From the NCBI GenBank assembly GCA_963693365.1, contig CAVNZM010000002.1, positions 3,364,259 through 3,428,258 of the forward strand: a stretch of 64,000 nt of DNA, written 5' to 3'. This stretch comes from Amoebidium appalachense. Taxonomy: Eukaryota > Protista > Ichthyosporea. Each line of letters starts with the position of its first letter. Positions within the stretch are counted from its first letter, which is position 1. Positions 25,938-39,719 of this stretch are shown one piece after another. Under the pieces are notes generated by a model that worked only from the letters and a program-made list of their open reading frames with translations, had not been told where the DNA came from and did no database searches. The translations under genes and the position numbers were made by a program.

Positions 25938-28900
25938 TGAATGCGTCAAAAAGTACGAAGTACACAAGAACAAACGGATAACACGATGCAGAATGCAAGC
26001 CATACATAAAGAGTATGCATAATAAGCAGAGCCCATCCTCAGGGGGGGCCCACGTCATCCACAGTACCCGAGTTTCGACCTATTCCCCTCGTTAACGAAA
26101 CCCAACTCAGATACTGTTTCACTTGAACATGAGTAGGTCACCCGTCTTGATCAGAGACGAGCAGGGTTGCTTATGCAGGCAAGGGCAGTGGGAAAGGCCG
26201 GGGGTTAAAGTTGCAGCAGTAAGCAGAAGCAAGAAAAATATAAGGGGGGAGGGTGATGCAGATAGGGAAAGAAGTAAGCAGCGTGAGAAGGAAGGTGAAT
26301 GTAGGTAGGGAGATGTCGAACGACGGGACAGCAGAGGGATCGGTGTGTGTGTGTGTGTGTGTGGAGTGTGTGTGGCGTTGAGGCAAAATCGGAATAACAT
26401 CAGGAAGACGATAAAGACAGGGTATATGTGGCAAAGGGAGGGGGCAAGAAAACAAAAGAGCACTCGAAAGCGCACACACACAACCCCCCCCCCCCCCCCC
26501 CCCCCCCCCCAACGCACACACGGACACACATGGACACACACACACACACACACATACACACACCCATACACACACCTGGTAAGCAGCATAGTACGCAGCC
26601 AAATACTGTGCATAGTCATAGCCCTGTCCCGTCGCACCCGCAGCCGCCGCCCCAGCCGCAGGGGCCCCAGCAGCCGGAACGGCGGCAGCCCCTCCCACGG
26701 CCGGAGCTCCGGTTGCCGTTGGAGCCGCAGAATACTGATAGGTGCCCGTGGCTGGGTCGTAATAGTAGGGGGATGGCGCAGCGGCGGCTGCAGGGGTGGG
26801 TGCGGGTGCGTGGGCTTGGGATGGATCGGCACCGTAGGGGGTGGGGGTCGGTGCGGCGGCAGGAACGGGCTGAAAGTGGAAGGAGAGGGTGAGTTTTATT
26901 GCGTAAGTGCGTGTGGGTGTGTGGGTGGGTATTGCATGGTGTGTGGTGTTTTTTTTTTTTTTTTTTTTTTTGTGGGGGGGGGGGGGGGGGGGGGGGGGGG
27001 GCGAGGGGGGATGGGGACAACGGGGACAACACACATCTGCGGGTGTACGGGTGTGTGCGTGCCGTGCTCGTGTGTGTGTGTGTGTGCCAACGTGCCTGCC
27101 TGCGTGGGTCTGTGTGTCTGAGTGTTTACTCATGGGTGAGTGTTCAAGCTTAGTCTCTACTCTCTCTCTCTCTCAGCATGTGTGTGTGTGTGTGTGAATG
27201 TGAGTGTGTGTGCTTGTGTGTGTGCTTGTGTGTGTGTGTGTGTGTGTGTGTGTCTGAATGTGTGTGCGCGCACGCACTACACGTGCATGTATGCATGTGC
27301 GTGTGTAAATGCACGTTTGTGTGTGTGCGCATTTTATTTTGTGTGCATCTTCAAGTGTTTTTCACCTACCGGTGCGCTATACTGGCTGGGGTATTGTCCA
27401 GGTGCACCGTATGGGGCACCGGGAGCGCCATAGGGGGCCGGGGCAGGGGCACCACCATATGGTGGCTGGCCATAGGCACTGCTGGGGTCGTAAGGTGCCG
27501 GGCCGCCCTATGTGCAAAAGAAAACATGGATTAGACACATTGCACGTTTGAGAGTTTACAAACTGTGCAAAAACACGGAGTGGGAGGGGGGGGGGGGGGG
27601 GATTAGACATGTCGCAATGGTGTGAGACATTTCCCGTGACGTGTGCTTGCACGAGTACGTGCTGATGTCTTCTCTCTGTGTGTGTTTGCAACAATCTCTT
27701 CTCTCCACGTGTGTGCATGTGTGCCCCTTTGACGTGTCCGTGTGAATATGAGTGTACGTGTCAATGCCCGTGTATGTGTATGTTTGTGCTTGTGTGTGTC
27801 TGTGCTCGCGCGCATGCACATGTAAATGTGCATGCACATTTACATGTGCATGCGTGAATGCAACTAGGAAAAACATACCTGTGGGGGGCCCTGGCTTGGG
27901 GGCATAGGCATGGGCCGGAAAGGAATCACGGGGCCCTGGGGTGGGTTCTGCAGGGGCAAACACAGTCAACAAATTAGGCACCAGCGTGCACTTTGTATAC
28001 GCAGAACATCTAACGAACCAAAAAAGCTTGCAAAAGCAATCACTGGCGTATCCTAAAATACAACGCGTGCATAAGGGCGCTGATAATCGGTTACAAGCCT
28101 TTACAAATGATGGTGGGGTTACAGGGGTTACGCTGTTTACTCGAGGCGCAAGCAAAAAGAACTCCGAATCGGGGAATCGAACCCCGGCCGCCACGGTGAG
28201 AGCGTGGAATCCTAACCACTAGACCAATTCGGATGCTGTTTCCCGAACGTGGACGGTAAAAATAAAAACGTGGACGCCAGATTCACAATAACAGCTAATC
28301 CAATCTCCAATAACAGGATATACGTTTAGAGTTTCAGGTGCTCAATATTCTTGATACAAAACACACACATCCCCTCCACACACTGCTCCCTCCCCTCCCC
28401 TTCCCATTGACGCATTCACAGGAGTCACCACTCACCCATTCAACCCATCTAGACAACCCTACCTACACAGCATCTCGCACACAACCTATCCCTCCATCCA
28501 TTCACACCTGCATCCACCCACCCCCATCCACCGACACACACACACGCGCACACCACACGCGCACACACACACACACACGTATCCACCTACATCGAACAGG
28601 ATCTGGGCAATCATGGCTGCCGAACGGGCCAAACCACGGCCCGGCCCGGCAAGGGTGACGACCCGTTCACTCGAATCAGGCAGATCGGTGGAGGCAATGG
28701 TCACGGTTATACCACACGAGGACTCGATCTCCTTCACCTTCATCTCCGCTGCATCATGCAAAAAGTAACACGTGTTAGTGGATGGATGCAAGAACGAAAG
28801 CACTGGCCTCATGTGGCGATAAGACGTCCTAACACGGCACGTGACTAGTGGTACTTTATAAGGACCAGGTATGCAGACTAGTGATAGCAACACTGCACGC

Positions 28901-29265
28901 AAAAAGGGCACCATTCGCGGCCAAAAACTACAGTGAAATTACAGCAAATGATGACTTGTGACTTGATTGCAAACCTATACCAAAACAGCACCACCTGGCC
29001 TGGGCATGAGTGGGCCAATGGGGTTGTGAGGGTCAACCTTCAAACACACTGAAAATGCATTTATTTGGATTTAGGCTAGATACTACACCGAATTTTCAAA
29101 GCCTGTTAGTGGTAGAGAAAATTGTTCCCCCTTCTTCCCCTCTCCCTCCTCCCCATGCACACAACCCACATATTATACTCCCAGCTTCCCGACCACCCGT
29201 TCCTTCTTCTCGTCCTCTTTTCCACCCTGTCTTTATCCTCCCACAATTCCCCATTCATCCCTCCC

Positions 29266-29296
<31 letters not shown>

Positions 29297-29740
29297 AACT
29301 CCCACACACACCATCCCCGCCTCTCCCTCCTTCCCTGCCAGCACATGCACACGAACACACACGAAACCCATGAGAAGTATCCCTCGGAAACATTTCATCG
29401 GTCAGATTTCAACACCATTTCCACTTCTACAATGACTCGGAGAGGGGAGTACTAACAAGGCACCACCTGGGATGATGGGGACCTAGTGGAATGTGGCATG
29501 TGAAATGTCGGAATTTGTGAAGAAATTTAATTCGGAATTTTCCGCATATTCAGGCTAAAAGCACGGGGATGGTGTGGTCAATGCTTAAAGGGATCATCTA
29601 TTGGTGGAAAACCACGTAAGCATGTTGATCCCCCCCCCCCCCCCCCCCTAAACCCCCCAACACACACCCACACACACACACTCAAAAGCCACTCTCTTGT
29701 TACGGTAATCAGGCTCCCACATAACCGTTAACCCTGTCAA

Positions 29741-29777
<37 letters not shown>

Positions 29778-30532
29778 GACCTGCACGCACACATACACCA
29801 TTTGATACATTCGCACTACAGTTGCACACCATGACCACCACCACTGTTCCTTCACACGCCCACCAACACACCCCCGCCCACACACACATCCTCACTCAAA
29901 CACACACACAATACACTCTCGCCCCCCCCCCCCTCCCCCCCCTCCAAAAAAGAACCCCCCCACACACAGGCCGCCGTCCCACGCCACAACAAGTTACCCA
30001 CATCTTCCGATAATAGCGCCTGTCTGTGAGTTGGGGACTAGGAGGTTGACGAACAACTTGGAGGGGGGCTCAGTGGAGTTGTTGGCAGCGCTCTGTTATG
30101 CATTCGACCACAAAAGGGGGAGGGGGCGGGGGGGGGGGAGGGGGGGGGGGGGGGGGGGGGGGAAAGGTGGAGAGGGAGCGGAGCAGATAGGGAAAGGGGA
30201 AGAAAGAAGGGGAAGCTTATGCAATATGTGGAGGGGAATGTGTAGATTGGAGGGTGTGGTTTTGTGAAACCCTAACAAATCCGACGTTCCTAGGGCAACG
30301 GTCGGAAAAAGGGGAAGGGGAGCAAAGAGGGGGGGGGGGGGGGGGGGGGGGACGTGCTTGATGCATAGCTGGTACTGAATCAAGGTTGTTGGTGTGAGAG
30401 CAAATATGCATATTATGGAGGAACGTGTGCACGGAGGTGAATGTGTTCGTGTGTGTGGAGTGTCAAAGCAACAAGCCATTGTAACGACCGAACATGACAA
30501 ATGCAAAGTGATGGAGTGAGGAAAAAAAAAAA

Positions 30533-30563
<31 letters not shown>

Positions 30564-30863
30564 TTGGGGAAGATGGGGGGCCGCCGCTGGATAGGAAAGA
30601 GAACGGGGAAGGGGGGGGGGGGGGGGGGGGGGGGGGTTAGCACACTAAAGGGGGTCATAATAAGGTTTGCAGGGCATTATAGCACAAGCACATCAGTTAG
30701 TGCATGCTCTTCTTTATACCCACCAACGTGAGCCACATTCCCAGCAGAAGGGGAAAAAAAGGGGGGGGGGGAGAGGGTGGGCGAGGGGAGGGGCATACCA
30801 TAATGCTGCCGTTGCTCTTTGATGAACCAAAAAAACGGTGGAAGGGAAGGGGAAGGGGAAGAA

Positions 30864-30894
<31 letters not shown>

Positions 30895-32396
30895 GCATAC
30901 CATATTACAGCGGTTGATCTTCAACTGATAACAAAAAAAAAAAAAGAGGGGGGGGGGGGGGGGATATACCCACAAATGTGGCATCAGGAGCTTGTCCACG
31001 ATGAACCACCACGGCTTACCCGTAGGAGAGGGGGGGGGGGGGAGGGGGGGAGGGGGGAGACCAGGATTGGGGGGGGGGGGGGGGGGGGAGGGGGAGGGAG
31101 AACAGGGCAAACACCCACCTCTTCTAAGCGTCTGATGATGGAACCATAGGCCCGCCCAACATTCTCAGCGCGACCCACAACACTCAAAACACGCTCATTC
31201 ACGTTGGGAACGGACTCAGTCACGTTGATACGGCAGTTGTTCTCTTCTCTCAGAGCCTTAATCGTGGTGCCGCCTGTAGACGTTTTTTTTTTTTTTTTTT
31301 TAAATAAGTATACAAGGAGTGAATTTGGTTGGACTTCAGTTTTAATTCTATTTAAAGCATACAAAGAGCTTGTGTTGTGTGGACACTTCGTTCCTTGAGC
31401 ACGGCACCTATCCTTCCCGTACACATCCTAGACAGACATCACACAGCAACTTTTGCAGAAACAGAAAGGAGCCCAAAAAAAAAAGAGTACACAAATCAAC
31501 ACCGTACATCCATGCACCTGATGAAAAAAATGGGGACATACCGAGGAAAAAAATCCCCATACCTGAGACCCGTCTCTGTGCCTCAACCAAACAGCGTAAT
31601 CCCCAAAGAGAGAGCAACATGGAACGAAGCAAACTTTGCAAAAAGGGCACAAACAAGAGTATGCAACACACACACTTTGTTCCGTGAGCATCACAGCCAC
31701 CTACCCTTTCCAATCAGGACACCGACATCCTTGGCCAGAACAAGGCAGCGAAGTGTCAGGTCCGGCTGCTGCCAGTCACCCGGACGGCTACCGGTGGGGC
31801 CCTTTACGTAAAAAAAAAAAAAAGGATCAGCCGTGAACATGACCTCATGGAGAACAAGAAAACAACACAAACGGCCCCTCACTTGAGTCACTAACTGTTC
31901 ACACGAGCTGTGCCCACTGTCTTACTACAAATCCCCGAACAAAGACAGTGCTGTGTTCAACTATTCTCCCAAGACCTCAAAGAAAAAGGGGTTGATGAAG
32001 CTCTGGAACATTTAAGCCGAACAATCGCACCTAACTGCCTCGGTTGATCGATTTTGTAGCCAAACTGTTATTAAAACGTACAGAAAGCATGACATCAGTA
32101 TAGAGAAAGCCCAGTGCTCCAAACTTATTAAGTGGAAGATGTAATGTATAGACAAAGAGGAAGTCACACCGCCAAACTCCCGCTCCTCTTCCCCCCCCCC
32201 CCCCCTCTTCCCCTGTTCTAACAAAGAGAAAAAAAAAGAAAACGAAAAAGAACGTGCACGCATGCAAACGTCTGCGCACACACACACACATTCTCTCTCT
32301 CTATCACCCAAAGAAACATACACACACAAAGGAAACATACACGCACAAAGCGCACAAACCAGCACAACCGCACACATCTAAACCGCCACACACGCG

Positions 32397-32431
<35 letters not shown>

Positions 32432-32504
32432 CCAAACACACACAGATATTTACACACACACACGCATGCACACAAACACGTGCACGCACACAAACACACA
32501 CCGC

Positions 32505-32535
<31 letters not shown>

Positions 32536-32820
32536 AGGCACACACACGCACACACACAAAGTAGCAAGCGGCATAAATTCATCGCAACTGGCAAACAGAT
32601 CTGCTAACATTTGAAAACTTTCAACATTCAAAGGTCAACACAGACTACATCACAATGGCCAATTACAGCACTGATAGAACCATAAACTTACTTTCGAGTC
32701 ACCACTTACCATTCCTCCCCTCGGGGCATCATAAGCCATCCTCTTAGCGTCGTAGTCGTGGTCAGGTGCACTGCGCTTCCTGTCGTAGTCCCCACCGTAT
32801 TTCTGCTCAGTTTCGCTCAT
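24994..32820 (-). CDS. Three-KH-domain RNA-binding protein (PCBP/hnRNP K/Nova-like)
   Basis: About 10 exons from [10 protein letters not shown] (32820). KH1 [36 protein letters not shown]...ERVLSVVG; KH2 [33 protein letters not shown]...ERVVTLAG (junction uncertain); P/A/Y-rich linker; KH3 [32 protein letters not shown]...ERQVILTG...RRGDK*. Confidence 0.9.
25936..26215 (-). ncRNA. Intronic structured repeat, near-identical to 55701-55979, with permuted hammerhead-like core
   Basis: Reverse complement matches 55701-55979 almost base for base. Lies in a KH-gene intron, sense to the host. Confidence 0.7.
28162..28233 (-). tRNA. tRNA-Glu (anticodon CTC), inside an intron of the KH gene
   Basis: TCCGAATTGGTCTAGTGGTTAGGATTCCACGCT-CTC-ACCGTGGCGGCCGGGGTTCGATTCCCCGATTCGGAG: full cloverleaf with A/B boxes, followed by a T-run (Pol III terminator). 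Confidence 0.95.
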
Positions 32821-32974
32821 GTTTGCGTCTAAACCTACAGGATAAAACCCTTTCCCTGCCCTATTACAACCCTTTCCTACTCGTTAAACCTAACACAACA
32901 ACGAAAAGTTATAATTTTCCCGACAAAAACTTCGAACATGCGAAAAAAAGGCGCCGCCAAGTTTGCACAGACAG

Positions 32975-33080
32975 CGTCACGTGAACCGCCTTACGTAAGT
33001 AGTCTGGCTGAGCCAATTAGAAACAGCTTTTACTCTGAATGACGTCACATTTTGGCGGGAACTTTTGTAATATTTGAAAA
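32975..33080. promoter_or_regulatory. Putative bidirectional promoter between the KH gene and the BCS1-like gene
   Basis: Microsatellite-free gap between divergent start codons. Clustered CACGTG (32978), TTACGTAA (32991), CCAAT (33013), TGACGTCA (33040) and E2F-like TTTGGCGGGA (33051). Confidence 0.5.
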
Positions 33081-33484
33081 CCTGCCAAGGGCTTGGTCTT
33101 GGTCAGTCGGCCACTCTGCCCTTTTGTTGTTGCCAAAACGTACACGTGCATGCGTGGAGGGTGGGAAAATGATACAAAAGAAGTTGCAAAGATAATTTTT
33201 CTCTTAGCACCCATAATTAGTCCCGAGATTAGGATGGTTATAGTTTTACGCCGCCTTCGGGTAGAAACTTGCTTGTTTTATGGTATTGCAAGTTGATGTA
33301 GGCCTGGCCATCGATGCTTAGAAGAAGACGAGTTTGGAACCTACTAATGAAAAACCTAGAACATCCTATAGAGCGTTTATTTCGCCAGTATCGTCTCCTT
33401 TTACTTTCTTCTCGAGTGGTCCCTTCTTTTCCTGCGCTTTACGGGCTTTGAGAGATTGCTGGTGACCTCTATAAGGTTCCTGCC

Positions 33485-35030
33485 ATGGTCAACCCTTTTT
33501 GGATGAACGGCATCCACGCCGGAACCAGAACTCAGTTTCTAGCTTCCAGGTTGGTTTTGGGCTTTTTCCGGGGCGATGAGCATGTGTGTGTGTTTGGGGG
33601 GGGAGGGGGGAAGGGAAGGAAGGGAGGGGGGGGGGAGGGGAGGAGGGAAGGGGAGGGGGGTTGGATACGCCGTTGCTCACAACACCTCACATGTGTGCTT
33701 GTACGTATTGCTTTGGATAATTTCACACTCTTAAAAGCGCCTGTAACTTACAATATATTTTTCTGCTAACACGCTGACATTTTCTTGGCTTGCCAGGTGT
33801 ATGACCACATCTTTGGGCTCAAAACGTTTGCTGACTGCTGCAAGAGCACAATGGAGCGGCATACGCTACATGCACACAGACGGCGAACCCCAGGTCCCAG
33901 CAGGTATCAAAACATGACTCTTTCTTGAACCTTGCTTTCTTCTTGGCAGATCGGTGTGCATACTTTTGTGCACGTAGGCAGTGGGTGTGCCAAGATGGGT
34001 ATTTTGTTAGAGGGAAAAGCCTTGGCAACCTTCGAGTGCATCGGCTATCCCGCACTCTCCGCCCCTCCCCCTCCCCCTCCTTCGGGTGCCTTTGCCCTGA
34101 TCTACCTTGACCTCCCCCCCCCCCCCCTTCCCCTCCCCCCGGCGCCCCGCCCCCTTCCTTCCACCCCAATGCGCACACTAACTGAAAGGAAGGGATCTGC
34201 AGACAAGGGTTGAGAGTGTGTATTTGGGGGGCTTCGTCCTCCTCCTCCCCCCACCCCGCTCCCTCCCCCCAGCCTTCCCCCCCCCCGGGACCCGCGCTCC
34301 CCCCCTCCCCCTCCCCCCTTCACTCCCTAGTTCTCTCTCCCATTGGGCCAAAAGAAACAAGGAAACCAATAGGAAATCAACAAGGGATCCTGCATACGTG
34401 CAGGTATACTAAAGCAACGGGCGGTAAACAGGGGATGGCTCGGATGGTGCCAGCCAGGGGGGCTGGCTACGGTCTCTTCTTGGCACCAGTGAGTTTACCT
34501 CTGGGGGACTGACTATAATGGCTGCCGGTGTGGGTGTTTCTGTTTTCTACAAAATGCTTTCGGCGGTTGATCAGGTGGGCCCTACCTGTAACACATTTTG
34601 AAATATAAAATCATGAATTCTGGTGGTTATATACCAACTTAGTGTACCAGCTTAGTTAACCAGTGGGTTTCACATGGATTCTCCCTGGCAAAAAATGAAT
34701 ATGGTTATGGAATGTGTATAATGAAGTTCAATACCATGCATGTGTACACCCCTGCTACACACAATAGCATTGTACTCACACACTACACACACTCACACCG
34801 TCACACATAGTCACACTCATTCGCAAAGTAACTCTCTTATTTTCTCTCTCACTCGCTCACTCGCTCTCTCCTACGCATACGTGCACATGCACACACACAG
34901 GTATACGGAAGCACATATTAGATATGTAGAGTTATGGATTATTTTGCTCTTTCTTGCCGATTTACCGAAATGGTTTGCTCTCGGTTATAGGTATATGTTT
35001 GAGGCTGAATTTCAGGTGTGTGTTGGGCAT

Positions 35031-35061
<31 letters not shown>

Positions 35062-35710
35062 CCTGGGGGGGGGGGGATGAAACGGCGCTGGGTGGGTGGG
35101 GGGGGGGGGGGGGGGGGGGGGGGCAAGGGAGGGAAGGAGGATGGGCTTGTGGGTAGAAGGGAGAAGACAAGACCCGGGTTTAGTAGGGTGTGTATGATTG
35201 AAAGCGCCACAGGAAGAAACAAAGTAGAGGAACACTAACATTAAATAGGGAACAGAGAAGTTTTGGGATTTCCTAAATAATGGGGGGGAGGGGGGGGGGG
35301 GGGGGGGGGGGAATACATTAACTTGAAATATTACATTGGACTAAAGTCTTATTGTGTGGGTGCCGGTATCTGAGTTTGCCCGACATGCCTTCCTGACGAT
35401 GGCGTATCTTGATGGCCGACATTTATTATCTTTAAAAGTACTAGAGAAACCTTAACCTTAAGGCATGATTATGATTGGGCCGAGTTCTTATTATTTGGGT
35501 GGGGGTATCCAGTAGTTTGCCCGACGTGTGTTCCTGACTAGGGCGCACTTTGATAGCCGAGACGACACATACAGGTGGCTGCTGCACTGGCTGGCAAGAA
35601 GTAAGGTCGGTGCAAGTAGTACTTTCTGTCTTTCTGCTTTGTTGGTGGCCTGTTTTTGCCTGTTGTGTGTGTGTGTGTGTGTGTGTGTAGTGGTGGTGGT
35701 GGTGGTGTGT

Positions 35711-35753
<43 letters not shown>

Positions 35754-37244
35754 CTGCTGTTGTGTTGGATTGTCGTTGGTCGAGGTTCTGTGATGTAATG
35801 TCCTACAACATGCTGTGTGTCTGTTTGTGTATGCTCGTGTATTCACATGCACGCATGCGTGCAGGTTTGTAGTGCAGGTTTGTACTTCTTTGTTTTTTCA
35901 TTGCCCCTTGTGGTTGCGCAGCTACTGATCAATGGCCTATGGCATATTTGGTGGTGTCTGTTTTTGTGTCGTACAAACACACTATTTTGCCATATAATAC
36001 GGATGCCTGTTTGGTTGTAACCGGATTAGCTGGCAGGCAGACTGGTGGTGTGCACTGTTAAGGAGAGTGGCACACTGCCCCGGGGGGGGGGGGGGGGGAA
36101 AGTATTGTGCAGTTATTTTTGTGCTTTTGTGCAGTTATATTCATTGCATCGGGGACATACAGCGGCCCATTGCCTAAACTTTTGAATGCACGGCCATAGA
36201 TCGTATCGTGTCTGTGTGTTGTATTAAGTTTTTGGGGAGCTCTATTTATTCCCCTTATACTGTTGTGCAGGGCAGGCAGCGTATTGATACACGCATGTTG
36301 CAATAAGAAAATGTATGGGGTTGATGTGCGATGGGCCATTGTACGTGACTAACCCCACTGGTGCAGCAATACCGCATCACGAACTTCACGGTCACCACCA
36401 GCCTTGGGAGATACGGAGAGTCTACAGTGGCATCCTCTCTGCCGGCCAGCCCCACAGAGTTATTGGATAAGCTTAAAGGCCAGGGGAAGGAGGTGGGTTC
36501 AAAGCCTGCATTGTTATTGCTGTGTTATTATTGTTGTTGTCGTTGTTGCAATCACTATATTTGTCATCATTATCCAAACCAGTTGTGTAATAACGGAGGT
36601 GTGTGGATGCTCAGAAGTATGCATTGTTATTGCTGTGTTATTGTTAATGTTTTTGCTTTTATGTACTGTAATTATTGTTACCAAGTATGATGTTTTTGTT
36701 GTTGTTGGTCTTTGCTATTATTGTCATTATCGTTATCATTCTCATAAATGCTCAAGAATCCAGGGAAGAAGGTGAGTGTATGTATCTACCTATTTTTTGT
36801 TTCTATTCTTCCCTCCTGACCGTTGTGCTTACAATAATACCACAAATACAACGAAATGGACCAAAAAAAAGTGTTAAAGTGTTTCGGTGTTTCTGATTGT
36901 TATCGCTGTTTTTGATGGTTACGTTAGGAGTGATGGGGAAAGGGTAATTCGTTCTGACGATTTCAGTGGTCATGGTTATGTTTTATTCCAATGCTTTGAT
37001 TGGTGATGTTTACTGGACCAATGTGGCAGGGGGATGCCATCCCGGCTGTTTACTTTGTTCCCAGGGGCGAATTCTTCATACGTTACAAGGTTTGTGGGTG
37101 TGGACTCCCCCCCCCCCCCCCCCTTCCCCCCCTCACTTACTTGCTCCCTCTCCCTCTCCCTCTCTCTCCTCTTTCTTTCGTTTTTTTCCCCCTCCCCCAC
37201 CCATCTCTCTCTCTCCCTCTTTCCCTCTTTCCCTTTTTCCCTCC

Positions 37245-37279
<35 letters not shown>

Positions 37280-37777
37280 CCCCCTCCCCCCCCCCCCCCC
37301 CCCCCCCCTCTCTCTCTCTCTCTTCCCTCCCCCCCACACCATCCTACCCGTTCACAAACACACATACATTACACTCTCTTAATCTTTCTTTCTCTCCTTC
37401 CCCCGTCCCCTCCCGTCTGTCTCTCCCCGTATCCCCTTCATCCTCCTTCTTCCCCATACCCCTATCATTTTGTTCGTTGTGGATGTGTGGGTTTTTTGAG
37501 TAGGATGACCGTGGCATTTTCTCGCTATCTTTGTATGTGCAGGGTGTGTGTGTTTGTGTGTGTGTTTGTGTGTGTGTGTGTGTGCGCGCGCGCTTGTGTG
37601 GTGGTGGTGGTGGGTGGGGGTGGGGGTGGGGGATGGGTGGGCAATATCCCACCGCCGATTTCCGTGAAGGCATAACAGAGTTCGTGTATATAGCGCTGTG
37701 TGTTGGGGGAGGGGAGGAGGAGGGGGCAGGGCCCTTGTGAGTGTTGGCGAGTGACGCCTTTCATCATCCAGCCCCCC

Positions 37778-37808
<31 letters not shown>

Positions 37809-37924
37809 CCACACACACACACACACACATGTGCAGAACAAGTGGATGTACATCTCGCGAGACACGATGGTATCCGACAGGCCCATGGGCAATTCAAACA
37901 TGCACCTGGAATCAATAGAAGGTG

Positions 37925-37962
<38 letters not shown>

Positions 37963-38083
37963 AGCCACCACCTCCACCATCACCACCACCACCAAACAAG
38001 CAGCAACCACAACCAAATGTTTCGCTACCTATTTCTCTCTCTGTTTTTTTTCCTTGATGTAATCTGTGTGTGTGTGTCGTGTC

Positions 38084-38119
<36 letters not shown>

Positions 38120-39089
38120 ACTTTCTGTCACTTTTTCTCTTGCTCTTTCTATTTTCGTGACATGTTTTTGACCACATATGGCTAATGGCGTGACCTGCCA
38201 CGGACCATATATGGTTAATAGCATGACCATGATATTGATCGTATACAGTATGGCTAACAGAATGACATTATTGACCATATATAGCAATGACGTGACCTGC
38301 CACTGACCATATATGGCTAACTGTGCAGTTACGGCATTTGGACAGTGCATGGATGTTGTGCAGTCTCTGATCGTGGAGGCAGCCGAGTCCTATCTGACGT
38401 CACAGAAGGAGCACACGGCTGTGTACTTCAGCGACCAATACGGCAACTGGAACAAGTATGTTTCCTCTTTTCTTTCCATCTTCGAACAAGTTATTTTTTC
38501 CCGCCTTTCCTTTCCGCCTTTCCTTTTTGAACGAGTGTGTTTCCTTTTTGCCTTTTCATTTATAAACGTTTCCTTTTCACTTTTCCTTTTCATTGTGAAT
38601 TTTTTCCGACGTCTTTCCTTATTTGGTTCCTTGCTATTCCATCTCCTTGTCCTTGTTCTTCCCTTTTCTTTTCGCATGACAGAGGGGTGAAACACGTCGG
38701 CTGCTGTTTCTTGTACGTGTAGGTCTTTGGGGTGGAAGGGCGCCGAGGGGTAGAGAAGAGGGGGTGGGTGGAATTGTGGGTTGGAGGGTGGGTGTGTTTG
38801 TTGGGGGGGGGGGGGGGGGGGGGGGGGAGGCAGATAAAGAGGCTGACAAACCTACAACATCAGGGCACATGCACAAGCCGATGTACTTGCATGCAGGCAC
38901 ATGCAGAGCACACGTACTTTCTCGTGTCGCTTGCCCAAATGATTGTTTTTCTCACACTTTCTCTCTCCCCTACATGGCTGCAGCTAATATACTGTTCGAC
39001 CATACTTGCACCAACAGACACATACACAAACACGTCACAAAAACAGGAACAAAGACACAAGCACACACAAACACGCACGCATGCGCGCC

Positions 39090-39120
<31 letters not shown>

Positions 39121-39528
39121 CACACATCCCCACACACACCCATCCCCCACCCATAACGCAGAACAACATCACGTCCCATCCGTCAACTCGAGTCCGTGGT
39201 GTTAGAAGAGTCACTCGGTGATAAACTTCTTGCCGACTGCCGGGAATTTCTATCTAGTGAGGGCTGGTATCGCACCCACGGTATTCCATATAGGCGGGGT
39301 TACTTGCTCTATGGACCCCCCGGCACAGGTAACTTTGCTTTGTTAATGGCATCGTGATCTTGTGAATAACTCAGATGCAAACACCACACAACCGCCCCCC
39401 CCTCCCCCGACCTGCGGAAATGGCCCCTACGTATACCTCGTGTGTGTGTGTGTTTGCTTTGTCGTATCCGAATTGTGTGATATGGTGTGAATTTGCGCTC
39501 TTTATTGTGTACAGTTTGCCCCCCAAAG

Positions 39529-39559
<31 letters not shown>

Positions 39560-39664
39560 ACATACACACAAACACACACCAAGAAAAGAACATGTATCTC
39601 ACCCAGCCACACTGACCATCCCCAGTGTCCTTCCTCCCTCACTTCTCTCCCTCTCTCCCCCTCC

Positions 39665-39719
<55 letters not shown>

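Noticed and set aside
38165-38325. CRISPR-like spaced repeats (also 34-101 and 45575-45840)
   Set aside because: Degenerate contiguous minisatellites in a eukaryotic context, with no unique constant-length spacers and no cas genes.
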